From contig OZ024745.1 in NCBI GenBank assembly GCA_964016885.1, positions 72,788,001 to 72,852,000 of the forward strand: a DNA stretch of 64,000 nt, written 5' to 3'. Position numbers and translations under genes: made by a program. The notes beneath the pieces were generated by a model. The model did no database searches. It worked only from the letters and a program-made list of their open reading frames with translations, and had not been told where the DNA came from. The first letter of the stretch is position 1, and each line of letters begins with the position of its first letter. This document shows, in pieces, positions 1-12,691 of the stretch. The DNA comes from Eledone cirrhosa (taxonomy: Eukaryota).

Positions 1-396
1 AAGAAATACTGATACATATTTATACAAAAGTGTAGTTCTTAAAATACAAATAGCTCCTATTAAATCAAAATGGGTATGGATTATAGTTACATTAATAAAT
101 CTTTGTTTTATCAGGTAAATTTCAATATTTTTGATTTAAAACTCCAGATCAATTAAGATGCAAGATAGACCTTCTTAAAGCTTTAATGAACATAAAAAAA
201 AAATTTATTTTCTACTAAAAAAAACATACACTAACACACAATATCACATTTGAACTGTTGAAACAGTGATTAGCAGGAAAACAATTGCCCCTAACCCACA
301 AAAGGATAGAAAGGAATACAACTTAAACAAGTTGTTCTAACATTTTAATAAATTAGATTTGGAAAACTAAATTAAACAATAATGTAACAAACTTAC

Positions 397-520
397 CTTA
401 GAACACAATCAGCTAGATCAGTTAAACAAACTGTATAAGTAAATGTTTTACGTTTGAGCCAAGTAACTGTAATATTTCTTTCAATAGGATCCATTTTAAC
501 ATCAGAAACTTGATTAGGAA
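397..520 (-). CDS. Exon of FN3-repeat cell-surface protein (N-terminal half of an FN3 domain)
   Basis: Acceptor ttattttcag and donor gtaagt; reads xPNQVSDVKMDPIERNITVTWLKRKTFTYTVCLTDLADCVL; phase-1 start matches the upstream FN3 exons. The gene continues beyond the left edge of the window. Confidence 0.8.
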
Positions 521-749
521 CTGAAAATAAACAAAGTACAGTAAATTATTTTAATAATATAAAGATTGGCTGAGTATTTTTGACAAGGTACTGTTAAATT
601 ATATGATCCCTAATGATGTTTTAGAAACATTCAAATATCAATTCAATCAAACATAAATATTCCTTCCAGTCACATTACAATGGTTCAAATTAGAGTTTCA
701 GATAGAATTAAATGTCTCCTAGTAAAAATATAAAACAAAATTGAAATAA

Positions 750-3183
750 TTCAGCCTCATGCCTTCCACCACTTGCAAATATGGCCCCGAGATACTTGAA
801 CTTCTCTACCCTCTTCAGTGGAACTCCATTCATATGTAGAGTGCACTGCACAGGCTTCCTAGAGAGGACAACTGTCTCAGTTTTCACGGCACTGATTTTC
901 ATTCCAGCCATGCAACACTCAGCATCAAACCTATCAAGGGCAGATCTGAGATCATCATCTGTTGAGCTAAGTAACACCATGTCATCTACAGATTCCAGCC
1001 AACTCATTTTACACCTGCCAGTCATGATACCACTACAAATAATAATGAACAGGAGAGGTGGCAGTACACACTCTTGACAGAGTCTGACTCCCACATTGAA
1101 TGGTTTTAATTTAGCACCATTTATCCAAACACAAAAACTCAAGCATTCATATAGAGACATCAGGGCAGCAAGAAGTTGACCATCAATCCCATACTCCTAC
1201 ACAACCTTCCACAGCAGATCTCAAAGAACACGGTTATATGCCTCTTCAAGATCGACAAAACAACAATACACTTCTTAGCAATACTCCCACAATTTCTTGA
1301 ATACCTGCTACAGTGTCAATATTTGGTCAGCTGAGCTGCGTCAGAGGCGAAAAACCACACTTATCATCTAGCTTCAACTCAACAATCCCCCTGCATCTCT
1401 TTGCCAGACACTTAGCATAGACTTTACCAGGGAGGCTTAACAAAGAGATCCCTCTGTAATTGGAACAATCTCTCTTGTCTCCCTTTCTGAAAATTGGGAT
1501 TATCATTCCTGATTGCCATTGCTTAGGTGACTTTCTAGATTCAGGCCATCCGGCACACACAAGTCAGCCAGAGATTACCTTCTCTATTAAAGGCTTTTAA
1601 CATGGATACATGGATACATTGAAGCTCCGACGTCTAGCAACTGACTTGGTAAACACCCACAAAATTATTAACCATCATGCCAACAACAACTCTGAGTGCC
1701 TTTTTGATTTCCATGTGTCTAACACACGTGGGCATGCCCACAAAGTCAGAAAACAGCACAGCTCCCATGACTTTCGGAAACATTTTTTCACGCTCAGAGT
1801 TGCTGAAGCATGGAACAAACTACCTGCATCAGTTATTAGCTGTCAAGACACTGCATCCATTAAAACCTCCATACGCACGCACACATGTATATCATGACTC
1901 GTACACTATTCACTTCCCTGACATTTGTATATTATTCTATGTACTATACATGCACCTTTGATAAGTTGTAGTGCACCTGAGCACTGTACACAATAATGTC
2001 ATTATTATTATTTAACATCTTGCGCCAGATTTCATCTTCCCCACAGGCTTTGCCACATTTGAGCTCTTTAACTGCTCAGCCTCTGAGAGATTAGTCACTG
2101 CTCCTAGATGCACCTCGTGTACATCTGAAGATGCTGTTGTGATTGTGTTTAGGAGATCAGCAAAGTATTCTCTCCACATTATGAAGATACACCTCTCTGA
2201 AGAGAGGAGAACCCCAGATGCCTTCTTGATAGAAGGTGTGGAGGAGGGCTTCTTACTATGAAGACAGTGGATGGTCGGCCAGAACACTTTATTTGCTGAT
2301 CTGAAGTCAGATTCCAGCTTTATCTCAAAGTCCTCCCATGCGTTAACTTTGGTTGCCTTTACTGTCTCTCTGCTACAATTCCTTGTGACTGCTTTTACAG
2401 CACTTATTTCCAAGCCAAGATTTGTAAGCCCCCTTCTTTGCTGGGATGGCATCTTTGACCTCTTGACTGAACCAAGGAGCCTTCCTGCCATCCGGCACCA
2501 CAACAAGCCTCTTTTGCCCACAGCATTTAACAACTTAAGCAGAAACTACTGCACTGAACAATTTCCACTCTGTCTCAACTTCCTCAGTTTGCTCAGAGAG
2601 TTCTCTGAATTTGGATGCAATATTATTTGCATACCTGGTCCAGACTTCCTTATCTACCATTGCTTCCCAATTATCATGTAGGCCGCCCCTACCAGTCAGT
2701 TTTGTGGGCTTAATCAGAAGAGAGGTAGGCGTAAAAGCCAAACTCACTATCTTCAATTCTGTATTCATGCCAACCCTTTCCTATGGTCATGAATACAAGC
2801 AGCCGAAATAGGATTCCTCCAAAGGGTCTTTCGTTTAATTTTACTCGATAAAGTGTGTAGCTCAGACATCAGACAGTCACTCCAGGTAGAGCTGCTACTT
2901 CTCAGCATTCAGAGATCACAGCTCCAATACTATTGGTATGTAGTTAGAATGTTACAGGAAAGAATCACTGGACAGATTTTATGGGCAAAACTAAATGGCA
3001 GGAGACCCAGGCATAGACCCCAAGCGAGATGGTTGGATCACATCCATAAGCTTGGCTGATCTCACTTGGAGATCCAGCTGGATCAATTCAAGATGGTTGC
3101 TTCTCACGGGACCTATTCGAGGGAGTGTTTGAGGACTCTTCCCCCAAGACCATCTCAGGAATATGTGGGTGAAGAAGAAAGAT
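750..3183. mobile_element. Degenerate RTE-clade LINE with 5' inversion (minus 750-~2710, plus ~2711-3183)
   Basis: RT motifs (IIPIFRKGDKRDCSNYRGISLLS, VEKFKYLG) on minus; C-terminus (KAKLTIFNSVF, GRRPRHRP) and (GAA)n tail on plus; ATTGAAATAA duplicated at 740-749 and 3184-3193. Confidence 0.85.
1604..2010 (+). mobile_element. CR1/L2-group LINE 3' fragment nested in the RTE
   Basis: NTRGHAHK...RKHFFTLRVAEAWNKLP C-terminal motif, (ATT)n tail, TSD TTTAACAT at 1596-1603 and 2011-2018; the host reading frame rejoins across it. Confidence 0.85.
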
Positions 3184-3563
3184 ATTGAAATAAGAAATAT
3201 TTATCAAAATGTTGCAATGACTGAGTACATTTTTGTTGAATATTTCAGAATTTAGTTTCATTTTTACAGACAAGATAGAAAAAAGAAAGTTAATGTCCAT
3301 AAAGTAAGAGTAACAAAGGAAAAGAGGGCAAATAAGAAAAAACTTGCTAGTTCAGAACGCCATACATTACTGCAGAAGTGACAAATGAATAGAGATCTGA
3401 AAAAGTAGAAACAAGATTACAATGTGTTGATGAATGAGTCTTGCCATCAACAAGCTTTCTTCTAGATGTAATTTAGATTCTGTGACACTAGCAGCAGCGG
3501 CAATATTAATAGCATAGAAAGCAGGCATAAACTGATGAATATGATGATAATGATGATACTTAC

Positions 3564-3830
3564 AAGTAATAAAAGATGTGTTTAAAGATTTTTCACTGGT
3601 TACATTGTAAGACATGGTCCATATATTTATTTTGTATCTCGCACCATCGTCTGATATTTGTAATGTTATATTTTTCATGTGACTTGTTATATTTTTGGAA
3701 CTGCCAAAATTACTTGTGTATTGAATTAACCATTCATTTCCAGAAGATGCTGTGTTGTCAAATTTCCATTCAATAATAGCACTATTTGTTGTAACATTTG
3801 TAACGATGGCATTAGTTGGTGCCAATGGAA
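3564..3830 (-). CDS. FN3-domain exon (267 nt, phase 1-1)
   Basis: cttacag acceptor, gtaagt donor; xPLAPTNAIVTNVTTNSAIIEWK...GARYKINIWT...SFIT has the FN3 P..P/W/Y pattern. Confidence 0.88.
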
Positions 3831-4102
3831 CTGTAAGAAATAAAATAAAACAATATGACTTCACAATGTTATGGGAGAAACCTGCAGTTTGATTCTTTAC
3901 ATTATTCTAAAATAAAAACATGTTTTAATACAATAACATTACTTTCAATAATAATGATTAAATATATGAAATCTGATTCTCAGATTCAGAAACATATAAT
4001 TTTAATCTAAATTATCAACATTTAATCATGTTAACTTTACTTCTAATTTTCCATGTTGGCATGGGTTGGAACATTTATTTTCTCTTTATACAAAATATAG
4101 AA

Positions 4103-4302
4103 GGAGAGAGAGCTAGAGATAGAGCTAGAGAGCTAGAGAGAGAGCTAGAGAGCTAGAGAGAGAGCTAGAGCTAGAGAGCTAGAGAGAGAGCTAGAGAGCT
4201 AGAGATAGAGCTAGAGAGCTAGAGAGAGAGCTAGAGAGCTAGAGAGAGAGCTAGAGAGCTAGAGATAGAGCTAGAGAGCTAGAGATAGAGCTAGAGAGCT
4301 AG
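4103..4302. repeat. (AGAGCTAG/AG)n compound minisatellite
   Basis: Directly visible; absent from the paralogous intron copies at ~5660 and ~7020. Confidence 0.95.
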
Positions 4303-4907
4303 AATATACTGTCAAACAAATGATACTATTGGTATTCTGTTACATAGACATATGTAGATTTAATATCATATATGAAACATTAAATTAACATTCAAATTAA
4401 GACTGTCCACAGAACATTACAGGAGATATCATTATCATCACCTTTTGACAACCATTTTTCCATGCTAGTATGGGTTAGACATGTTCAGCTATAAGACAAG
4501 CCAGATCAGATGACCATGTCTTACTGATACTGAACTGTCTCTGGCCTGGTTTCTACAGCTGGATGCCCTTCCTAATGCCAACCACCTTTACAGTGTAGAC
4601 AAAGTGATTTTTGTTGTGACACGTAAAAAACTTTACAGTGTGGGCTGGGCACTATTTTCCACCTAGTTATACCTGTATATTATGAGATTTTATATGCCAG
4701 TAAAGGTGAAAGATATGATGTTCTGCCATTAAAAGAGAAACACTATACTGAAAAAACATTAACAGTAGTTTTGGTTGTTCATTAAATGAGGATTTCGGAT
4801 CAAATATGGAAAGATTTTTTCCTAGGTAAAAGCGATAATATCATATAAAAAAAAATCTTTTATAAGCTATTTTAAACATCTTAGAAAGTTCCACTTCATA
4901 TACTTAC

Positions 4908-5174
4908 TAGTAACAAAACTTGTGTGCAAACATGAGTTACTGAATTTATTGTTAGATTTAGTCCATATTTTTACTTCATATTTCACACCAGGTCTTAAGA
5001 AGGTTAATGTTTTGTTTTTCATGGTACTTGTTATATTTGGGTAATTATTGCTACCATTTTTGTATTCGATTAACCATTCACTTCCAGAAGATGATGTGTT
5101 GTCAAATTTCCATCCAATAATAGCACTATTTGTTGTAACATTTGTAATGCTGGCATTAGTTGGTGCCAATGGAA
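4908..5174 (-). CDS. FN3-domain exon (267 nt, phase 1-1), duplicated copy
   Basis: Canonical AG/GT sites; ...IIGWKF...LRPGVKYEVKIWT...; LxPGxxY FN3 motif. Confidence 0.9.
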
Positions 5175-5294
5175 CTGTAAGAAATAAAATAAAACAATAT
5201 GACTTCACAATGTTATGGGAGAAACCTGCAGTTTGATTCTTTACATTATTCTAAAATAAAAACATTTTAATACAGTAACATTACTTTCAATAAT

Positions 5295-5481
5295 AATTGT
5301 TTCTACTTTAGGCACAAGGCCAGCAAATACCCAGTGCATTACTGGTACTTTATTTTATCGACCCCGTAAGGATGAAAGGCAAAGTCAACCTCGGCGGGAT
5401 TTGAACTCGAATCGTAAAGGGACATAACTCTGCTGGAAAGCATGGCGTCCGACCCTCTACCGATACTGCCAATACACCGCC
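5295..5481 (-). mobile_element. tRNA-derived SINE (family 1)
   Basis: A-box-like TGGCAGTATCGGTAG and B-box GAGTTCAAATCC, shared body CTTTGCCTTTCATCC...GTCGATAAAATAAAGTACCAG, (ATT) tail. Confidence 0.9.
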
Positions 5482-6264
5482 TGTATATTTCATATATTTA
5501 ATCATTACTTCCAATAATAATGATTAAATATATGAAATCTGATTCTCAGATTCAGAAATATATAATTTTAATCTAAATTATCAACATTTAATCATGTTAA
5601 CTTTACTTCTAATTTTCCATGTTGGCATGGGTTGGAACATTTATTTTCTCTTTATACAAAATATACTGTCAAACAAATGATACTATTGGTATTCTGTTAC
5701 ATAGACATATGTAGATTTAATATCATATATGAAACATTAAATTAACATTCAAATTAAGACTCTCCACAAAACATTACAGGAGATATCATTATCATCACCT
5801 TTTGACAACCATTTTTCCATGCTAGTATGGGTTAGACATGTTCAGCTATAAGACAAGCCAGATCAGATGACCATGTCTTACTGATACTGAACTGTCTCTG
5901 GCCTGGTTTCTACAGCTGGATGCCCTTCCTAATGCCAACCACCTTTACAGTGAAGACAAAGTGATTTTTGTTGTGACACGTAAAAAACTTTACAGTGTGG
6001 GCTGGGCACTTTTTTCCACCTAGTTATACCTGTATATTATGAGATTTTATATGCCAGTAAAGGTGAAAGATATGATGTTCTGCCACTAAAAGAGAAACAC
6101 TATACTGAAAAAACATTAACAGTAGTTTTGGTTGTTCATTAAATGAGGATTTCGGATCAAATATGGAAAGATTTTTTCCTAGGTAAAAGCGATAATATCA
6201 TATAAAAAAAAATCTTTTATAAGCTATTTTAAACATCTTAGAAAGTTCCACTTCATATACTTAC

Positions 6265-6531
6265 TAGTAACAAAACTTGTGTTCAAACATGAGTTACTGA
6301 ATTTATTGTTAGATTTAGTCCATATTTTTACTTCATATTTCACACCAGGTCTTAAGAAGGTTAATGTTTTGTTTTTCATGGTACTTGTTATATTTGGGTA
6401 ATTATTGCTACCATTTTTGTATTCGATTAACCATTCACTTCCAGAAGATGATGTGTTGTCAAATTTCCATCCAATAATAGCACTATTTGTTGTAACATTT
6501 GTAATGCTGGCATTAGTTGGTGCCAATGGAA
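6265..6531 (-). CDS. FN3-domain exon (267 nt, phase 1-1), near-identical to 4908-5174
   Basis: Same splice sites; differs from 4908-5174 by one H/N change. Confidence 0.88.
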
Positions 6532-6651
6532 CTGTAAGAAATAAAATAAAACAATATGACTTCACAATGTTATGGGAGAAACCTGCAGTTTGATTCTTTA
6601 CATTATTCTAAAATAAAAACATTTTAATACAGTAACATTACTTTCAATAAT

Positions 6652-6838
6652 AATTGTTTCTACTTTAGGCACAAGGCCAGCAAATACCCAGTGCATTACT
6701 GGTACTTTATTTTATCGACCCCGTAAGGATGAAAGGCAAAGTCAACCTCGGCGGGATTTGAACTCGAATCGTAAAGGGACATAACTCTGCTGGAAAGCAT
6801 GGCGTCCGACCCTCTACCGATACTGCCAATACACCGCC
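6652..6838 (-). mobile_element. tRNA-derived SINE (family 1), co-duplicated copy
   Basis: Matches 5295-5481. Confidence 0.9.
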
Positions 6839-8044
6839 TGTATATTTCATATATTTAATCATTACTTCCAATAATAATGATTAAATATATGAAATCTGAT
6901 TCTCAGATTCAGAAATATATAATTTTAATCTAAATTATCAACATTTAATCATGTTAACTTTACTTCTAATTTTCCATGTTGGCATGGGTTGGAACATTTA
7001 TTTTCTCTTTATACAAAATATACTGTCAAACAAATGATACTATTGGTATTCTGTTACATGGAACTGTAAGAAAGAAAATAAAACAATATAACTTCATAAT
7101 GTTATTTTAGAAAAAAAAGTAATTGAAAGCAAATCAGTTGTGAAAATGCATTTCACAATAGAGTACTGTTTATAGATAATTAATCATAATGCATTTCACA
7201 ATGGAGCACTGTTTGAGATAATGAATAGATCACAATATGTCAATCCCTAACTCTAATTTCAATGTGTCCCTTTGACACCTTAACCATTATAATGATGGCT
7301 TTTGTTCTTTCCTACTAAAAACTACTTACTGTCACACTTTATTTCATGTTTCAGAATCAATACTAAATACTTTTCATAGTCCCTCCTCTTCAGAACTGCA
7401 ATCTTTGGAACAATTATCCTGCTTTTCTACCCTACACCAACTAACATTACAAAGCCAAATTTCCTTCAAATGACACTCTGCTATCTTTAAAACAAAAAGG
7501 AAAAAGAAAGCAGGATACATAAATTAATGTAGTCCAAAATACACTATGACTAATAATGATCATGGTTGTAAATCCTTTGATCAGAGGTCTGCTAAGCTAG
7601 AGCTGACATAGAGCTAAAAACTGCAATTTATCAAATTATCAACAACAAAAATATGAACAGCTAAGACCTGGGTTCATCCATTTTTCATGTAAGTAGCAAA
7701 GCATAGGAATTTTTTTCCTCAAAATGCTATTATAAGCAGATGCTGACATTGCTGTTTATACATTTAATATTTCCCCCCACCCAGTCCCATATCCAGGAAG
7801 GAGCCTTTTTTCATTACTCTATACATGTTCATTAATGAAATAACAGATAGTAACTTTATTAAATATATTGTCCAAATGTATAATTTTTAAATCAGAAACA
7901 ATTTAAATTGAAAATGATAATCATCGTAAATATCTATTTAATTTTTTTAACTTATTTCAAATTAGCATTACTATAACATTCCCTTGATTAACATTTGAGA
8001 CAACATTCAAACATGAAATGTTAAACTATTCTCAATAGTTTTCT

Positions 8045-8372
8045 TCTCAGACTAGTTGCTGTCAAGACCTCATGTGTCCTTGGACCCCATACAGCTAAGC
8101 TCCTCCATAAAATCAGAACATTAGCAGCTCGTCTGAGGAAGGAGCTCCATGAGGTGGGGTGGCTGTTGCAGAGGGTGTCACTAGCCATTGTCCATGGAAA
8201 TACCTTTGCAATTTTGTCCACAGGGTGCAGGCATAATATTGCTCTGACCTAGGTGTAGATTATATAGTGTGTTAATATCCTAAGACTAAGGATTTGTTAC
8301 ATTTCTGAGAAAAATAGATACTGTTTTGAATACATATAATGGAATGCACCATAATTCCAATAAAAAAAAAAT
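8045..8372 (+). mobile_element. CRE-clade LINE 3' fragment
   Basis: VAVKTSCVLGP...WLLQRVSLAIVHGN (C-terminus of the restriction-like endonuclease), then AATAAA and an A-run. Confidence 0.7.
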
Positions 8373-8419
8373 AGTGAACAGAATTATCTTTTATTTTTAA
8401 ATAATAACTTGGTACTTAC

Positions 8420-8642
8420 ATGTGGAGAATTCCCATGTGAAACCACTACCAGATTTGTTAAAAGCAGTAATATTATATAAATCTCCAGGATGAAGAGATA
8501 GAATTTGTAAATGTGTACTATTGGCAGAAACATTGAACTCTACTGCATCGCCTTGAGAATCTCTGACTTGTACAGTGGAACTATTAATATTACTGATCGA
8601 AATCTGAATTGAATTTGAAGTTACAACTTGTGAATAGGCAAC
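8420..8642 (-). CDS. Exon with probable signal-peptide end plus first FN3-like domain
   Basis: ttttacag acceptor, gtaagt donor, 223 nt, phase 0-1; VAYSQVVTSNSIQISI...ILSLHPGDLYNITAFNKSGSGFTWEFST. The receptor class (e.g. receptor tyrosine phosphatase-like) cannot be fixed from these exons alone. Confidence 0.82.
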
Positions 8643-9079
8643 CTGTAAAACAAAATGTTCTTATTTAATCAACTAGTAACTAAAAAGTAAAGTAAACATT
8701 TATGTGATCTGAAAAATATAAATATTCAAAATAAATCTAAAAATATCAAAGAGAAGTTGTTAATAAGATGATAATTTTTCCAAAAGATAGATTCTATTTA
8801 TCAACTTTATTTATTGGAGTGTGACCCAGTGATTGACGCCATGTCTGAAATTAAGCTAGCTATGTTTTCTCCGACCATACAAATGGCAAACAGCATGCTT
8901 ACTCACACACACACATACATACACACACTCCCCTGATGAAATGGCCAGTTGACTGTAAGCTTGTTGGTTATCAGTCGAGAACTAGCACTCTGACTCTTTC
9001 TAATATAACCATACTCTACTATCTCAAGCATCGAGTACTCTGTTGAGTAATGGTTTAGATAGTTTAAAACTGATTCTAT

Positions 9080-9116
<37 letters not shown>

Positions 9117-9169
9117 GATAGAACCAGTTTTAAACTACCTAATGGTATATATACATATATATATATATT

Positions 9170-9356
9170 ATTGTTTCTTCGTTTGGCACAAGGCCAGCAA
9201 TTACCCAGTGCGTTACTGGTACTTTATTTTATCGACCCCGTAAGGATAAAAGGCAAAGTTAACCTCGGCGGGATTTGAACTCAGATTGGCAAGGGCCGTA
9301 ACTCTATGCGTCAAAGCATGGCGTCCAACTCTACCGATACTGCCAATCTACCACCT
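9170..9356 (-). mobile_element. tRNA-derived SINE (family 1)
   Basis: Same head and body motifs as 5295-5481. Confidence 0.88.
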
Positions 9357-9357
9357 A

Positions 9358-12300
9358 TCATCATCATCATCGTTTAACGTCCATCTTCCATGCTTGCATG
9401 GGTTTGGACGGGAGTTTTCCCACTTGAGGCAAGATTGGTTGTCTTGCTCGTATAGGACTGTCTGGTGGGTTTTCTACGGCTGGATGCCCTTCCCAACACC
9501 AACCACGTTTACAGTGTAGACTGGGAGGTTTTTACCGTGTTACCTACATGGCCACATTACAGCGTGGACTGTGTGTTTTTTTGTCGTGACACTTACACAA
9601 CCTCGTTTGTTTCGGACTGGATGTTGTGGTACCAACATAACTTCACATCTAAGGGGGTGGTGTTGATGGGGTTGGGGTAGTGGGACAGGGTGTATTTTTG
9701 TTAGAGGTGCCTACTGACTGTAGGTTTCGCTTTGTACTTAGGCAAGGCGGGTCTTCTGTATTACTGTGTAGCGCCAAAGATCTCGGTCCAGTGACATTGT
9801 CTTGGAGGGGTGTAAGTGTGTGAGGTTGGAATTTATCAGGTCATCCCAGGTTTTTCTGGGTCTGCCTACTCCGTGGCTACCGTCTATTTTTATCGCCCTG
9901 CACTTTTTTATACAACTGTCGTCTTTCATGCGCATCACGTGACCATACCAACGTAGTCTTCTCTCGAGTAAACAACATCTGATCCCTCTTATTCCTAATT
10001 TCTCCCTTAGTTCGTTTATACTTTCCCGTTCACGTATATTACTATTACACATCCAGCGGACCATGCAAGCTTCGTTCCTCTCTAGTCTGCGTATATCCTC
10101 TGCACACAATACCCAGGTCTCACTGCCATGTAACATTGCTGTTCGTATGCCGGCATCATACAGCCTGCCTTTCATTTTTAGAGAGAACCCTTTAGCAGCC
10201 AACTTTTTCCATCCCGTTCTGACTCTAGCTACTGTACTTTCAGAGCACCCTCCCCCACTGCTGATTTTGTCACCCAGGTAATGGAAGGTGTCCACTATTT
10301 CTATAAAACCATCTGTGCAATGGAATGAGCTAGTATTCTGTGGGCACTTGCTGCTACTTATTGCACCAGAGCATCGGCCACATATAAAATCTATATTCTT
10401 AGTTAGCTTACCTGTGACCCCACTACATCTTTTATGCACCCATACTTTGTATTTGGGACATAAAATGGAGTTTCTGCCTACTCCTTTCCTACACACTGAG
10501 CATGGCCAATTCCCAGATGGGACCGGTGCCCTATTTTCCTTCCTACAAACTAGAACTTTAGTCTTAGACAAATTAACTTTAAGGCCATTTGATTCTAGGC
10601 CATGCTTCCATGTTTGGAATTTCTTCTCTAGTTCAGCCATTGATTCAGCTATGAGCATTAGATCATCTGCGTATAGGAGTTCACATGGGCAGCCAGTCTT
10701 GAACTCCTCTGTTATAACCTGAAGGGCAATAATAAATAGTAGGGGGCTAAGAACGGAGCCCTGATGAACACCAACTTTTACGCTAAACTCTTCACTATTT
10801 TCGTTGTTAATTCTAACCTTGCTGACTGTTTCTTTATACATGGCTTGTATAGCTCTCACAAGCCAGTCATCAACACCTAGTTTTCTAAGAGCCCACCAGA
10901 TAATGGAGCAGGGGACTCTGTCAAAGGCTTTCTCCAAGTCAACAAAAGCTAAGTATAGGGGTTTACTTTTAGCTAGGTACTTCTCCTGTAGTTGTTGTAC
11001 AATGAAAAGAGCGTCTGTGGTACTTTTACCTGACACAAACCCAAACTGCATTTCATCTAGATCAATTCGCTCTCTGATTCGTTGCGCTATTACTTTTTCT
11101 GTGAGCTTCACGACCTGGTTGATTAATTTAATGCCTCTATAGTCACCCCTATCTAGGGCATCTCCTTTACACTTGTAGCAGTTAATGATGCTGCTGCTAC
11201 GCCAGTTCTTCGGAACGGCCCCATTCTGTATGACTTGGTTTACTATCCGGGTGACCATAGTATGTCCCACCATTCCAGATGCTTTCAGCATTTCAGCAAC
11301 TATTTCCGAAAGCCCAGCCGCTTTACTCGTCTTCATATCTTTGATTGCCTTACTTATACTACCTTCAACTCGCACTGCTGGTCCCTCTATTGGATCGATG
11401 TGAGGGAGACTGTCTTTCTCCCATTTATTCTCCTCATTTAGTAGCCTTTCATAGTGACACTTCCAACCTACCTTCTTATCAGCGTCAGTGATGGCTAGTA
11501 CACCATCATCATTAAGGACACACTTCTCCCCAACAATATCACAGTTTTCCTTGACACATTACCTAGCAATACTGAACACCTCACGTTCTTGTTCCTCACG
11601 TTGTAGAACATGCTTGAACTCTCTTTCCTCTGCTTCCCTTCTTGCGAAGTGCACTTGTCTCCTAGCTTCCCTCCTGGCCACTTGATAGTCTTCTCTACTT
11701 CCCCCATCCTGCCATACTTTCCAAACCTGCTTTTTGGCGTTAATTGACTCGTCCACCTTACTGTTCCACCACCATGTTACTCTCCTCCTGCCTATAGGCC
11801 TGTTCCAGCCACAAACTTCATCTGCCGCCTTCAGCAGGTTAGCTTTCAGGAATTCCCAATGTTCCTCTATATTGTACGACTCTAGTTGCTCTTCCTTACT
11901 GTCGAAAGCATCAAGTAATATGCTTTTAAATTTATTACTGGCTGTGAAGTCCTTTAGCTTCCATATTTTTCTCCTGAGGATAGTCCTCCTCTGTTGTCGA
12001 GTACGTTTTGTCCTGACTATGAGGTCGCTGACTATGAGTATGTTGGGAGGTGCATTCTTCATGGGGGGGGGGGATTTAGTGTTTACAACAGACACTCTCT
12101 ATCACGTCTTCTGGTAAGGATATAATCTATCTGACTGGCGTGTTCCCCTGATCTATATGTGATCAAAGATTGTCTCGTTTTTTGAAGTTAGTGTTACAGA
12201 TAGTTAGGTTATTTGCGTCACAGAATTCTAGGATTCTGGAGCCTTCCTCATTTCTAGTACCAAACCCATAGACTCCATGGATTCCGTCATAGCCGTCACA

Positions 12301-12504
12301 ATGTTGTTCAACGTGACCATTTATGTCGCCAGCAATAATTATGTAGTCACTGTCAGTTATTTGGGAGGTAGTGAGCATCAATGTCTCATAGAATCTGTCT
12401 TTTATAGCGCCAGGCAGTCCGGATTGGGGTGCATACGCAGATATTACTGTCACAGTAGTTCTATTTAGGACAAGTCTTATTTTAATTATTCTGTCGTTCA
12501 CTCT
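9358..12504 (-). mobile_element. RTE LINE, 3' part of an older near-full-length copy (frameshifted)
   Basis: APE C-half, RT (YADD), PHD-like insert, 3' UTR with (TGA)n tail; ORFs 9738-11375, 11559-12095, 12163-12513. Confidence 0.92.
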
Positions 12505-12691
12505 TCCATACAAATTTTATGAAGGTATTTCAGCTCCCACAACACATTTACTTACATACAAATTTTTATGAAGGTATATCAGCTCCCACAACACATTTAC
12601 TTTGTTATTCTCCTACCATGCTGACTCTGTCTCTGTCTATTTTTCCATCAAAGGCTACAGGCCATGACTGGCTATTATTATTAATATTATT

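Larger units (their letters stand above)
4303..7058. repeat. 1357-bp tandem duplication (exon + intron + SINE)
   Basis: Sequence repeats at offset 1357 with only a handful of substitutions; a third, partial paralogue lies at ~3726-4100. Confidence 0.95.

Noticed and set aside
8925-9000. CTGATGA followed by a hairpin and GAGAAC, a possible hammerhead
   Set aside because: An extra unpaired segment follows the core, there is no GAAA, and stems I and III are unconvincing.
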